This document shows positions 37,489 through 51,194 of a DNA stretch of 64,000 nt, one piece after another; the first letter of the stretch is position 1, and each line of letters begins with the position of its first letter. Made by a program: the position numbers and the translations under genes. The stretch lies in NCBI GenBank assembly GCA_001662655.1, contig KV460253.1; one strand, 5' to 3'. The stretch is from Pseudogymnoascus verrucosus. Taxonomy: Eukaryota. The notes below the pieces were generated by a model, which saw only the letters and a program-made list of their open reading frames with translations, did not search any database and was not told the origin of the DNA.

Positions 37489-40426
37489 GGAGCGGTATCC
37501 CTCTAGCTATATTGACCCCGCACTCATGCATACAATGGAGCAGTATATAGCTGAAATGCACCCCTTACCTAGTTCTCAAATCCATCGTGAAATCCAAATC
37601 AAACCCCGCAAGCGATTGCGATAGCGATTCGAGCCCGTGCTGCTCCCGCTGCCGCGGACAGCCGGTGTCGAACCCTGCTCGTCTATTGTAATCAGTGCAC
37701 CTAGGCTTTGAAAATAGGTCTGTTTCAAGATGCGGTCTTCTATTTCCATGCCCAAAACATGACTGCTTCGGTCCGTCGGCAACTAAAGTAGCACCCCTCA
37801 GTTGCTGCAGGCTAAGGGCGCAGACCCCGACGCGCGTCGATCGCTTTAGATTGTCGCACCCCAGCAGCTGGGCCATATTTGGTGTGCAATGCGAGGGGTT
37901 CCGATCCTACGTCCTCGTCTAAGCAAGGCTACGCACTGTAGCGCATCTGATAATGCCCGTTACGGTCAAGGCGCGAGGGGCCATGATGCACTGTCAGTTT
38001 CGCTATAGCCGTTTGAGACTCGATAATGCAGTTTCGGGAACTAGCTGTCTTTGGGCATCAGTGTACGATTCTGTGCCTACTCGCGTAGGTACGCGTACGC
38101 GAGTTTGTTAAATCCTCTTTACTGGCGGTGAGCACATTTGCGGACCAGACACCGAAGATAAAATACTGATATTTAGGTCCATCCAAAGTTTATCCATTCG
38201 CTTACAATCCCCGAATCGAATGGCGACCGGGAAGTGTCAACCGAGCTAACCGCTTCGCGGCAATTTTGACGAGGCTATGTAACGTGTGATGAGCTTATAT
38301 GAACGGAGCTTCGTCCCCAGCTTTCTGACCTCTGGGAGCCGTTTCGGGTGAACATTCCTCTTTCTGGGTAGATTAATTCGCAAGTTCTTCCGTTAATTTC
38401 TCACTTTTTTCGGTGAGCTTCTACAAGCTATTACTGGATGGGGCGTGTTTTTTTTTGTTTTTGTTTCGTCGGATAAGGGGTTATCGTCGGCATCCCATCC
38501 CGATCAACTAAGTGAGAGTGGGAAGAGGCTTTCAGCCACTGTCATGGAGCCCAGTGATGCACCGGAGGTAGTTCCGGATGTAGCATTTACGGGTTGTCAG
38601 TCCGTATTTTCTGTGCCGCCACCAAGCTACCAGCCGAGCCGATGGGTGGAGTACTCATGATGGGATGGAAAATGCTGCTGAGGTGAGAGGACGAACGCGG
38701 CGCCATACGGCCAAAAGAGCACGTTAGAAGCAACAGAAACGTGCTTCTAGAATACATTCGCTTATCTTAGACGTCCCATGCTTGGTGCTTCGCTATTCCC
38801 GGGCGTCTGATATGGAAGAAAGGACTCAGCAGGGCTCATTATCCCCGTCATCTCTCCCACCCAATCCCAATAGCCATATTCAGCCTTCTTCGCTAACTGA
38901 CACGGCGGCCAAGCAATTCGTCTTGTTTCAAGAGGCGGGCGATGTGAACTTAACTAGTCTCCGCTAGCTAGCTTCGGTCTTGGGTCAACATCGCACCACC
39001 CCTCGGGTCGGATATACTCCACGAAGAGAAATTTCGCGTCTTGGAACCTCAACCACAAACGTGTGCGTATGAGAATGGAAAGAGGCCGGGTAACGAGTAA
39101 CCCATCTGCCGTTGCTGAAATGGTGCTCGCTTGCAGTGATGGATTCCTGGATTGATCAGCGTGCAGGATTTGCCCGGTGAATGAGACATAAGCACGGAAT
39201 TATATTTGAGATATTTCCAGAGTTGCATCGCTGACTGGCCTACCTCAGAAATTTCCAGTAGCCCCTCCAGCTGCCAAGAGCCTTACAACACGGCATTTGT
39301 TATATCTTGGCTTTCTTTAAAATCGAAGCAACTTTCGATGGAAAGTGTAGCGGAATTTCACATGTGCTTCTATCTGTTTCTGGACTCCAAAACTTCTCTA
39401 GTAGAAGCTAATTATTGCACTTGCTGGGTGCAAAAGAAGCATATGAAAGTGGATATTCGCTTTTAGACAGTTCCCCCCACTACCCGCTTCCTCAGATCCT
39501 CCACCTCCTCCACCTCCTCCACCTTCGCTAATCCTTACGTCATGAGGTAGGAGGTGGGTAGGCAAATTAGGAAAATAAGCCCTTACCAGCAACTGAAGCA
39601 CACCCAGGCCCCAATGGCGTTCATGGCTGGACGGGCCCAAACCCACGAATAGGACAACGCGGCGAGCGAGACCATGACACGCTGCCGAGGATAGTCCATA
39701 TTCATTCTCCCGCGACGGGATCTCACTCTCTCTAGACTGAGTATAAGCGAGGTGAGCTCCCCTTATGTGGCTTGCTCCTACTTGTAGCTGAGCTCAAATT
39801 GCTGTTGTGATAATGTGCGTAGCATCTCACTGCATATCCACGTTTCTCCAGCCTGCCTTCAAGATCGTAAAGTAGGGATTCTATTCGTCTACCCAGCAAA
39901 ACTCCGGGGCATTTTGCGGAATTTCATTTAAGGGACCCTTTCTCTCCTGGATCAAACGCTCCCCGCTTACTGCCGCGTGGTCGATCTCCTCGGAGTATGT
40001 CTGGCGTACCTGCTCGTACTTTCGTCTCGAATCTCCCGAAAGAGCGAAGAGCGCCGGGGGCCCGACGATACAGCCACATTTGAAGCGCTTTCTTATTTAG
40101 TAGGATTTGCAGTGGCTCTTCGCTTGATGGCACCATTTGGGATTCAGCGTCTCCGCTGATACCGCTCACACATCTGATACCGGCGAAGTGGCCGCAGGCC
40201 CGGTCGGAGGCAGGGAGAGAGATATTACTCTCATATTTGGCTGAAGCTGCCCTTGTCAACACAACCCTTGAACTATTCACCCCTACGTTATTATTCTCCG
40301 TATAATATGGAGTCTCCATGCTATCATGCTGATACTGGTTTGTATACCGTCAAATATTGTGCTCCCGCGTCAAGGTCGAGTTTCTTACCGACATATTCTT
40401 CAAAAGCCGGTCCTCGACTATCAGCA

Positions 40427-41623
40427 ATGTATACGCTGCCGATACTCCGCCTCAAAGGCGTTGTAGGGCAAATTGTACCAGATGCTACCCTCGAGTCCGT
40501 CCATGAGATCCCGTCAACACATATTACTCGCCTTTATACCCTGAATATATCTGGCTCTCGGCAGCTTCTCCTGTCTCTTCAGCCGTCATTAGCAGTGCGT
40601 CTGCTTCGAAACGAGCAGTCACTGATGTTATGTGAGGCAAACTTAATACAATACTTGAGCAAAACGCCAACTGGCAGTACCATAAAATCGCCGCCTAAAG
40701 AAGAAGGCCCAAATGGTTCACTATTGTCCTCGTTGATACCCAAGATGCTAAAACATTCTTCCAACACCAAAGAGATGGGCTATCCATATACCATCTTCGA
40801 ACAAGTATCAGGATCCTCATTATCATCCCAATCTATCTACCTCACAGTGTCGGAACGGCGTCACGTCGACAACCAAATCGGGAAATTGGTGAGGGACTTG
40901 GCGTTAATAACATCGCCGACAGGTACCTTCGGCCCTGTCCTTAAAGTATGCGGGGATCCCTCCGCGCAGGGTGCATCTCCTGGTGCGGGCGCTGGAGGAG
41001 CAGAAACTTGGCCCCTTGCTTTCGACGCACTCGCAGAAAGCATTCTTCGAGATGGAGAGGATATGTCGGTGTTGCTGCCATACGAAATCATCAGACGACA
41101 ATTCTCTCGACTGTCTTGGCGACTCAAAGCAGTGACGATACCAAGGCTAACACTACCCGATGCGGGAGACGACGCGGTTGTGTTGGTGGCAAGGAGGTTG
41201 GAAGAAGGGCTGTCGCCGGAAGACTCGGTGCGAGTCACTGGGCTACGACATTGGAGCCGTGGCGTCTTCGGCGATCCGTTAATGTCGAGCTGCTTTGAAA
41301 ACCCGAGCGAGGGGTTCTCGACTGGGTGGAAAGGAGGGGCCGACGAAGATTTAATAGAAGACCCGGAAGGCGCCAACACACGGATGATGTTATATCGATG
41401 CTACAGAGCCATCATAGATATAGTGATCGAATATTACCGCCCACGAAACGAAAGCAGCAGATTCGAAATGGACGCGAGGAAAAGGCTGACTGGTGTGCTC
41501 ACGGAGTTGGAAACGGTCGACATGGAAGGCAACCAGACACCGAAACGAAACAGGACAGAGTCTATGGCGGCTGCTGATATGACTATGGTGAAGAAACTCA
41601 AGATGGAGAGCGATGAGGAGTAA
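40427..41623 (+). CDS. Aminoglycoside-phosphotransferase (APH)-like, kinase-fold protein; start may be upstream (40307)
   Basis: ORF 40253..41623 has the APH-like pattern LLRNE, SPTGTFG, W..AF..L.ESILRDGED, PRL...D, VTGL..W....FGDPL, R..LY. Confidence 0.7.
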   Translation: MYTLPILRLKGVVGQIVPDATLESVHEIPSTHITRLYTLNISGSRQLLLSLQPSLAVRLLRNEQSLMLCEANLIQYLSKTPTGSTIKSPPKEEGPNGSLLSSLIPKMLKHSSNTKEMGYPYTIFEQVSGSSLSSQSIYLTVSERRHVDNQIGKLVRDLALITSPTGTFGPVLKVCGDPSAQGASPGAGAGGAETWPLAFDALAESILRDGEDMSVLLPYEIIRRQFSRLSWRLKAVTIPRLTLPDAGDDAVVLVARRLEEGLSPEDSVRVTGLRHWSRGVFGDPLMSSCFENPSEGFSTGWKGGADEDLIEDPEGANTRMMLYRCYRAIIDIVIEYYRPRNESSRFEMDARKRLTGVLTELETVDMEGNQTPKRNRTESMAAADMTMVKKLKMESDEE

Positions 41624-41725
41624 CATATTGGGTATTGAAAAGAGGCGTTTTCGTGGCGGAGGCATTATATACCCATAAAAGATAGAGGAAGGGGCGTACA
41701 TAGATTGGATCATATTTGGAATTAA

Positions 41726-43731
41726 CTACTTATCACGACTGGCCAGTGAGTCGTCCTCATCACGAGGAAGTTTCATACCCATCATGCCCATGATATTGCC
41801 ACCGGGTCCAGCCATTCCAGCCTGGCTCTTGAAACTCTCCAGCAGATTCTTGGCTAGATTGAAGTCGATGTCGACTTCTTCATCGCTTTCATCCTCCCAA
41901 TCCTGTTTTCCGAGTAGGTCTTTGCCCTTCGATCCTCCTGAAGCTTCACCTTGCAGTGCTGCTGCTTCCCTTGGTTTATAATCGAGTTCCAATGCACCAG
42001 CTTCCCGCAGCTCGGCGCCAATTCTCTCCATGACCTTCGTAATCTCCTCAGCCTCGTCCTCCTCTTCTTCATCATCGGAGTCGAAATCATGCGATTTCCC
42101 CTTAGCCGCATTCACATTGTCCCCCAGATCAGGAGCAGGTACCCCCATCATCTCCCTCATCATTCTTGCAAACTCCTTGGGATCAAATGAAACATTCTCA
42201 TCTCCATCTTCGTTTTCATCTTCGTCCGAATCATCTTCGTCATCGTCATCGTCGTCGAAATCCATGTCATCCATCTCTGCCCCGTCTACTCCGGCATTAT
42301 CGTCGTTCAAAAATGACTCGAAGCGCTGCACCATCTTTTTTAAATCCTCCTGAGTTTTCGCATCTCCAAACCCAGAGGGCGCACTTGGTCCAGCAGACCC
42401 TTCAGGTACAGTGCCACTTCTCTCGCCTTTATTACCCTGCAATTCCTTCTCAAAGTCCTCAAAGTTGATATCCAGCCAACTTTCATCATCCTCTTTCATG
42501 CTGTTTGCCCAGACTTTGATCTCGGCATCCGTTGGTAAATCCTCTCCTTGGGAAAGATCTTCTATCAATATCTGCATTTCGCGAACAGAGCGGTGGTCGC
42601 GCTTAATGCTATCAGTAACCAACATTTCGAACCCGGAAGTAATCTTCATCCCTGTTTCCAACCTTAGCAAGTCCGCCAACTTTGTTGGATCAGATTTGGC
42701 TTTTGTTTCGTTCTCTGAAAATATTGGCTTCCATGCTCGTGGAACTTCAAATTGCTGTGACTTTATCTGAGCGTAGAGGACCTTCGTAAACTTTACGCTC
42801 ACGGTAACCAGGTCCTCTGGTGGGAATACCAGGCCTGAAGATGGGCCGTCAAGTGGCTTTAGGCCTATAGGGTCTCTCAAATAAAACGCCTCGACTGCGG
42901 GCGCAATAGCCGCGGGGCAATTGTGAATGATGAAGGCTAATTTTCGAGGTATCCTCGTGAGTGCAGAGTGGATTGAGTTAGAGATTTGAGCAGGGTAGTT
43001 CCGTAAACGGAAAAAGGCTTCTGTTTCCACAAGGGGCGAGTTTATAATAACATTTGGCGAGTCCTTTATTACGTCAAGGGCTTCTTGAAGTTCCAGAGGC
43101 CGCGAGACAGGATTAGTTTTGGCGTTGGCCGACGCCGCCGTGGCGGCTGCGAGAGGAATGATCCGTAATTTTTGGTTATTAATCCACACCTAGAGATTAA
43201 TTAGATGGGTTGTGGAAACCGAAATAAAACATCACATACCCTATTATCTGCAATCTCTGGATTGAGCCACCTAGGAAGCGCGTTTGCGGCCTCAATGAGT
43301 AGGAATTCCCCATCAGTATCAACGACTTTGACCCATAAGTCTGGAAACTGCTTGGTGAGTTCGCGGAGAATATGCACAATCAACCACTCGTCCTCAACCG
43401 AATCGCCATAATTTGTTAGACCGCGAAGGTGCATTAATCCTTGGAAAGTTAGTAATTGTGGCGGGGTAAACCATCAAACAAGGATCTCACCAGACGATTG
43501 CTCCAGCTTCAAGTTAAAGTCATCTCGTTGCCATATATAATCTTTCAATAGAGCCCCTGTCAGCTTCGTTGCTTCCTTTCGGACAAGTTCGAGGCGAGCA
43601 AGTACTTCTTTTTGTGCCAGTGATTTGTCGATGATGAAAAGAGTATATTCCACAGAGTCATCAGGAAGTCTTTTTGGAAACCCATCAAAGCCTTCCCCGA
43701 ACCATTTCAAATCATCTTTTTGGCCGTCCAT
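41726..43731 (-). CDS. Ecdysoneless/SGT1 (hSGT1/Ecd) family protein; introns about 43440..43489 and 43190..43239
   Basis: YIWQRDDF, GLTNYGDSVEDEWLIV, DGEFLLIEAA..LPRWLNPE...NRVWI, AVEAFYLRDP and C-terminal NLAKNLLESFKSQAGMAGPGGN. Confidence 0.9.
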
Positions 43732-43928
43732 GACTTAATTAGAAGCACACGCTTGCCTGCGTGTAATAGTTCGCAGTTGAGGCGAACTGGGGGAGGCGAT
43801 GTCATATGAAATAATATTGTCAGTAAACGGAGGGATGCCCCACAATTGTGACGGAGAATTTAAGGTTCGGCCGGGGCATCTGCATAATTGCCTGAGGCTG
43901 CCAAGTGGTGATGTGGATGTAAACAAAG

Positions 43929-43936
43929 ACGCGAAA
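43929..43936 (+). promoter_or_regulatory. Candidate MCB/SCB-like element in the divergent Ecd/SGT1-Pcp1 promoter
   Basis: ACGCGAAA about 190 bp upstream of the Pcp1-like ATG. Confidence 0.35.
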
Positions 43937-44120
43937 CCTGCAACTACTCAAAGTCGCGATTACTACCAACTTTTAAGAATACTAACCCCACGATTCAGTA
44001 TTTACGAACTGCGACCGGCGTTCATGGCTACAGCACTTGGCTTATTATATTTCAGTACCAACGACCACATTGCTATATTTTACCGTTAACGGAGCTCTAA
44101 GAGCTTCTTAATTCCCCACC

Positions 44121-47100
44121 ATGGTACAGCCGGGTATTGGGCTCGACACGCCTCGAACAGCTATTGGAGATGCGACATACCTCAACAACCCCGATTTCGA
44201 CATATCTGAAGAGCAGTCATTTCAGTCGCCTTCGAAAGATAACAATAACCTCGTCCAGCAATTACAAAATGGCCGCCGAGGCATCAACCTGAAGACTCCA
44301 CGGAGTCGCGCGCCTTTTGGAGACAGGCGCAACACAAATAACAACGGCTTCGGAGGAGAGTTCACACCTTTGCTGAAAAGCGCCACTAGAAACAATGCTC
44401 TGAAGTTGGGCAAGGAAAATGGCGTCCCCAGAACCCCAGCATTCCTCAGGGCCGGTGGCTTGGACAACATCGCGGAGGATTTAAGCCCAGTGCCGAACAT
44501 GGACTCAACGTACGCCGACTCGTATGCGAGTGGAACGCCTATACCCCAGATTGATAGCAGCAGCCTCGCATCGACACCGCTGGCTATGTTGCCGCGGCGG
44601 GCTGAAGGAGCGAATGTACTTCAAGACGGCAACCAGCTCTCACTGCGTGAGCAAGAGAACGTGATCGACAAAATCGAGAAGGAGAACTTTGGTTTGAAAT
44701 TGAAGATCCATTTCCTGGAAGAGGCGCTACGGAAGGCAGGACCAGGCTTCAGCGAAATGGCATTGAAGGAAAACACGGATCTCAAAGTGGACAAAGTCAC
44801 CATGCAAAAGGAATTGCACCGCTATAAGAAGACATTGACTACGGCAGAGCGCGACCTTGAGTCCTATCGGCAACAAATCCTGGATATGCAAGAGAAGATG
44901 AAGCGGAGGCACGCCGATGAAGGCGCACAAGAAGAGCTGGACCTTCTCCGCCAGGCTTTACACGACAAGGAAATTGAAGTACAGGATCTCCAACAAAAAC
45001 TCGAAAACTCAGCAGATCAAAACGAGGACGCGCAAAAGTTACGGGACTCGGTCACCGACTTGGAACACGATGTTCGCGAGAAGGAACGCATGATAGATGA
45101 ACGAGATGACCAGATTGATGACCTGAAGGCTCAAGTCAATGAGCGCGACGACGAAGTCGTGGAGCTGGAAGAGAAGGTCAAGGCAGCGAAGCGCAGAGAG
45201 ATTGAGCTGGAGGAGAAGGGCCAATGGAACGACGAGCTTGAAGAGGCCAAGGAAACCATTTCAGACCTCGAACAAGACATCAAACGCCTCCAAATCGAGC
45301 TTGATGATGTCAAGGACAACCGCGAAGAATTAGCCTCTGAAAAGGAACGCGCTATAGCAGACCTCGAAGAGCTTCAGGATGAATTGGCAAACAAGTCCAT
45401 CACAACAAAGGGACTTAGTCGCCAAATCGAAGAGAAGGCCAACCGCTTGCAGGACGACTTGGAGGACCTTCGTGAAAAGCATGAATCGCTGGAGCAGGAG
45501 CACCAATCGAAGATCCAAGAGGCGGATAGGCTGCAACAGAGAATCACAGATCTTGACCAAAGCGGAAGTGCCAGGGAAATTAAGCTCCGGGAAGAGTTGG
45601 ATTCGGCTGTCAAGGATAGAGATCATGCAGAAAGCCAACAGCATGCGCTCGAGGCCCAGCTGAAATCTATCCAGACTGAGCTCCAACACACTACAGATCA
45701 AAAAGATCTCCTCCAAGTCCGCCACGATGCACTGACTTCCGAATCCGCTCAGCTCCAGACGGAGCTGTCGCGAGCGAAAGCTAGAATCGAAAATCTTGAA
45801 GAGGATCTACAGAGCGAGAAGTCGTTGTCGCTACAGAATGAGCGCGAGGTCAGAGAACAATACAAATCGGAAATCGATCGCCTGCATGACGAGATTGAAG
45901 ATCTTCGTGCTGATGTTCGAGAGAAGGAGCGTTTGTACGATGACGATAACGACAAGTGGGAGGGCGAGCGAAGAACCCTTGAATCGCAGCGCGATCTAGC
46001 AGAAGAACAAGCCGACGGTCTAAAGCTTACAATTGAGAAGCTGCAGAAGGTTGAGGGTACTCTTTCTGGCAAGGAATCGAAACTACAAGAGGCTGTTTCC
46101 CTTGAGAAGGAGAGGCATTTACGCGAAGAGGCTCTCTTGACGAAGCAAATCGACGAGTTGACCTCAGATCTGCAGCTTCGCCAAAACAGCTTGGACGAGG
46201 CTCGATCGGAGCTCTCCAACGTGAGAGAGGAGTTGCGACTCAGCCAGCGTGAGCACAAGTCTCTTTCCGAGAAGATTGAAGCTCTGGAGGATGAGATCGA
46301 AGTACTTCAAACTTCCTTGGATGAGGAGAACGACAGGGCGCAGGTTAATCTGGAGACTGCCAAACACGAGTCGGATGCTCTTCAACAGCAATTAGAGCAG
46401 CTGAAACAAGATGTTGCAAAGGTCGAATCCAAGTCAAACTCAGCTTCGATCCAAGAGCAAAGCTCATCTCTCAAGGCTCTTGAGACAAAGCTCGCCCAAA
46501 CCACCAAGAGCGAACAGGCCCTACAAGACCAACTTGCCAACATCAACCTCGAGATGCACTCTCTCCGCAACCACTCCAACGAAGTAGAAGCCGAGCGCGA
46601 CGAAATGAAGAGCCAGCTGCGCGACCTAAAATCACAAGACGACACCTTCCGCGCCGACCAAGAGAAAATCGATCTCCGCACCGCCAAAATGAAGCTCGAC
46701 GTCGAAGTCCGCCGTCTCCGCGACGAGACCCGAGTCCTCTCCGAGCAAAAGACCATGATCGAGATCGAACTCCAAAGCGAGCGCGACCACGCCGACGCCG
46801 ACCACGCCAATTTCCAACAGCGAGAAACCGAGTACATCCAGCGCGAATCCGCGACCAAGGAGACCATCCGGACCCTAAAACGCCAAATCAGCTCCCTGGA
46901 GCGCCAATCACACAACCTAGAACTCTCCATCCTCCAAACCTCCTCCCCCCACTCCTCCCCCAACGGCGGCTCCGCCCACAAGAGCGAAATCCTCGAAGTC
47001 CGCTCCCAGCTTGCCACCGCCCACCAAACCCTCAAAGACCTGCGCGCGCAACTCAAGGAAACCGAACGCGACGCGGCCAAGAAATTGACGTCTGCACACC

Positions 47101-48247
47101 TAGACCATCAATCCCAAGCCGCAGAATGGGATTCCGCCCGCTTCACCCTCGAGCGCGACCTCTCCGCCGCTCTGTCCGCCAAATCAGCACTAGAAGCCCA
47201 GGCCACGGCTGCGGAATCCACGGCTGCGCGTCTGAAAGCTAAGATTGCACGCTTGGAACAGGAGTTACACGCTGAGCGCGCGACGGCGGAGGGGGATCGC
47301 ACGATGGCGCTCGAACGACACGATCTGCACGAGATGCTGAGGGAGACGCAAATCCAGGCCGATAAACTCGAAATCGCCGTCCAAACCCGCGACGCGTCTC
47401 TCGCAGCTCTAACAACCACCGAGTCCTCCCTCCGCGCACAGTTGAAGCGCATTCGTGAAGAACGCACAGCGCAGAAGGAGCGTGCTAGCCGCGCTATGGG
47501 TGAGCTTGAGGCGCTGGAACGCGAGTTTAGGGGGGCGAAGAAGGGGTGGGAGGCGGAGAGGCAGGGGTTGACGAGGGGAGTTAGGTTTGCGAATTCGTCG
47601 TCTGTGTTGGAGGGGGGCCAGGAGGCGGAGGTTAGGCATACGAAGGAGCTGAGGGGGTTGGCGATGCAGATTGAGTGGCTTAGGGCGAGGTGTAGGCGCG
47701 AGGAGGGGTTGAGGGCTGATGCGGCGTATGCGAAGAGGTTTATGCTGCTGCAGGTTGAGTTGTTTGGGGCTTGGTATGTTTACTCTCCCTTTTTTTTTCT
47801 CTCCTCCCCCCCCTCCCACTTGCACATTTTTTACCTCGTCGCGGACTTGTCACACATCTACACATACCCCAGGCGAAGCACACAACCTAACGTTAGAACA
47901 GCAACCAAGCAGACCTCCAAATCCTCGCCCAAATGGGCATAACACCCGACCGCACTGTCCTCCCCCCCCGCCCCTCTCTCCGTCGCGTGGGCTGGATGGT
48001 CATAGCCTGTGTGCGCATGAAGCGTGGCGCGGAGGCGTGGGCGAAGAGTAGGAAGGTGCATGAGAGGATTGTGGGGAAGTTTGAGGGGATGAGGAGGGCG
48101 AGTTCGGGGAGCGTGGTGACGGGGACGGGGAAGGTGGAGAAGGGAGCGGAGAAGGAGAGGAGGAGGAGGAGTGATGGGCCGTCTTCTCCGGCTGTGGGGG
48201 TGAAGAAGGAGTCGAGGAGGGTTAGTGAGTTGAGGAGGGAGTGGTAG
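44121..48247 (+). CDS. pcp1: Spindle pole body coiled-coil protein, Pcp1/PcpA (Spc110/pericentrin-like); intron 47774..47901
   Basis: N-terminal CM1 motif LREQENVIDKIEKENFGLKLKIHFLEE, long heptad coiled coil, and C-terminal PACT-like region (KELRGLAMQIEWLRARCRREEGLRADAAYAK...RMKR). Confidence 0.9.
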
Positions 48248-48897
48248 GGATGTTTGTGAAGAGGGATAGCATGTTGAAGTGGCGTATGGGTTGTGGGAGG
48301 TGTTTTATATTGTACGTTGCTGTTTGATGTCTATATGGCTGGCTGGCGTTTGGATGGATGGATGGATGGGTGGCGTGCATACCAATTAGCATGTTGATTA
48401 TGAAGTCGTTTTTGTTCGCCTTTCTTCCTTATTATCTTGATCTTCTGTTCATGTTCACTTTGGTGACCTATGACGCACTCACTCGGACTACAGATAGCAT
48501 GGTTCACTTCATCGACACAGCTTAACTTCAGAAATGACAGGGTAAGTAGGTACACCAGTAATGTCCTCGATTCCATCTACGCTACCAAACAGACACCACG
48601 CTGCACGGCGCTATACTGTACGAGTAGGAAAACCCAGGCATCATATCACATCGCAACGCATCTAAATCCAACGAGAAAAAAACAACGCAGCGCGCAAACG
48701 CCAGCCCTTTCCTTTCCCTTCCTTCCCAGTCCATCATATCCTGAAGACGCTTGAGACCTTGAGACCTTGAGACTGTACGACGATTTTTTGAGTATCAGAG
48801 TTGTCATTTGGAGATGACCTGTGCTTCGTTCTATTCCCCGTACACCCGCCATTCTTTTCTTGGCGCAGTGAGGGAGGATAACCCGTGAGAGGGGGGT

Positions 48898-50589
48898 TTA
48901 CATGACGAAGAGGAGGTTCGTGTCTATTTCCACCATTAGCACTCATCCTAAAAATAAAATAAAAGCCCACCCCCAAAACCCCCACCAAGGGAAGCGGGGG
49001 AAACGAAAAAGGAAGGGGAAAAACCTACTCAAAGGATGACTACAGCTCAACTGCGGCTTCTGCGTATACTTCGTCGCCAACTCATCCCTAATACTATTAA
49101 GCAGCTGCACATAGCTCTGCTGCGGATTCTTCTTCATCGCCGTAATAAACGCCCAGCTCATCGCCCCCGTCGCCTGCGACGCAATCGACGCATCCGCACT
49201 CGTCTGGTCATCCTTGCTCCCGCTCCACATCACCACATCCGCCGGCGACGTCTTCGTCGCCACCGTCCTGTTGTAGGCCTCATCGCCACTAGTAGCTTTC
49301 TTGAGGAAGCCCATGACGTTGCTTGCCACTCCGCCCATGTCGCCGCGGGAGTAGGACGAGATGACAGACAGCAGGCCTTGGCCGGCTTCCTTGGCGAGGT
49401 TGGGCTCTTTGAGGATGCCCTGGGTGGAGTAGATGTAGGGAAGGTCCAGGGCGGTGCCGGAGTGGCAGGAGTCGAAGATGGCGGTTAGGCGGACGCCGGG
49501 GCTGAGGGGGGTCACCATGATGCGGTGCATTTCGTCGTCGACGATGTGGCCGACTTGGCGGAAGTCGACGGGGTAGATGACCTCGTCGTAGCCGTCGGGT
49601 TCGTCGCCGTCGAGGTCTTTGGTTTGGCCTCCGTGTCCTGCGGGTGTTCGTTAGCCAGGGTCCCCATTCAGTAAGTAGGTAGGGAAGTAAGTAGGGCGGG
49701 GTAATATCCCAGCAACAGAGAGACCATCGGACATACCGGAATAATGAAAGAACAACGCATCATTCGGCCTCGCATCCTTAACCAACCAATGCATCGCCCT
49801 CAAAATATTCTGCTTCGTCGGCTGGCTCATTGGATTCTGCAGATCGTCCGTCAAAATCACCATATCCTCCCTCTTATACCCAAAGTTCTCAAACAGGTAA
49901 CTAGACATGTTCTTGACGTCGTTGATGCACCCGCGCAGCTGGCCCCGCTGCCCGAAATAGTTGATCCCGATCAGCAGCGCCTTGCGACGGCCCGTGCAGT
50001 TCGAGTATTGGAAGTTGTAGTCCTGCGGCGCGCCGGAGCCGAAACCTTGAGGCGCGCTGGGAGGGGGCGCGGGAGCTTGGTGGTTGCCGTGCACGTAGGC
50101 GTTGGAGTTTACGGTTGGGATACCTGGGGGAGGGGGGTTTGTTAGCTTCGTGGAATTCATAGGTTTTTCTAGCCGGTGTGAGCGTCGTACCTGGTCTGCC
50201 ATAGTCGGCACGGTTCTGGGGCATACCGTTGTATCCGCCATACTGTTGAGGCGGGGGCTATATATCTCGTCAGCTTCATCGCGCAGATCACCAACCATCA
50301 TCAGAAGCTTCTTATTTACCTGCTGTTGCTGCTGGTACCCACCACCATAGTGCTGCTGCGGCGGCGGTCCCTGCTGGTATCCGCCGCCATATTGCTGCTG
50401 CTGCTGGGGAGCGCCGTAGCCGCCGTATTGTGGTTGTCTGTTTCAAGAACGTCAGCTGGATTCGGACGCGAGTGCAAAGCCTCGAGCCTACGACTGGTAA
50501 TGCTGTTGGGGCGGGTACTGCTGCTGGGGAGGACCATATCCACCGCCGCCGCCGCCGCCGCTATAGCCCGCGCCTGGATACCCCGACAT
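48898..50589 (-). CDS. MCA1: Type I metacaspase with a Q/P/G/Y-rich prodomain; several introns
   Basis: [17 protein letters not shown], catalytic FHYSG|HGG and [17 protein letters not shown]. Final exon NTNLLFVM* ends at 48898. Confidence 0.95.
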
Positions 50590-51194
50590 GGTGAGGATTT
50601 ATGCAAAGGCTTTGTGTGTACTTGTGTGTGTGTATGTATGTGCGAGTTGTGGTTTTGTGAGGTTTTTGGTGATGTCGAAGCGGCGACAAAACAGACGCGG
50701 CTTTTCCGTGTGTTGTCGATGTGGAGGAGGGAGGAGGTAGGTGAGGTGGACGGCGGAACTTGGGTTTGGCCGAGCGGTTGTGTGGGGTGGAAGGTGAGGG
50801 GGGGAGGGCGGTAGGATCGGGCGGCAAAAACGGAGGGGGTCCTTGTCCAGGGAACTTATAGTCTCGGCGGGTAGGGTAGGGAATCAGGGACACGCAAGAC
50901 AAGACAGCGGAACGACAAGGGTTCAGTGCGGACTGGAACAAAGGTGATGTGCAGCTGGGATGATGAGTCTGCCGCTGTGGAGATGGGGCGGGCAGTGTTT
51001 TATGTTCGGCGATGGGTGTGGTTTTTAGGTAGAGTAGGGTATTAAGTTAAGTATAGATTGGGTTTGTTAGAGGTGTGGTTAGAGGGAGGTTAACGATGGG
51101 TTGTTCGGCAGGTCGTTTACAGATTTGTTTATTAGGGTGGCGGTTGTATGTATGTATGTGGTGGTATGTGGTATGCGGTGGTAGGTGGTGGTAC

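Noticed and set aside
37655..37680. B-box-like GGTTCGACACC on the minus strand
   Set aside because: No A box or cloverleaf could be built around it.
37560..40250. Telomerase RNA candidate (a ~2 kb structured non-coding gap)
   Set aside because: No TAACCCTAA-type template on either strand. The nearest match (TAACCCCTTA, ~38478) does not fit TTAGGG repeats.
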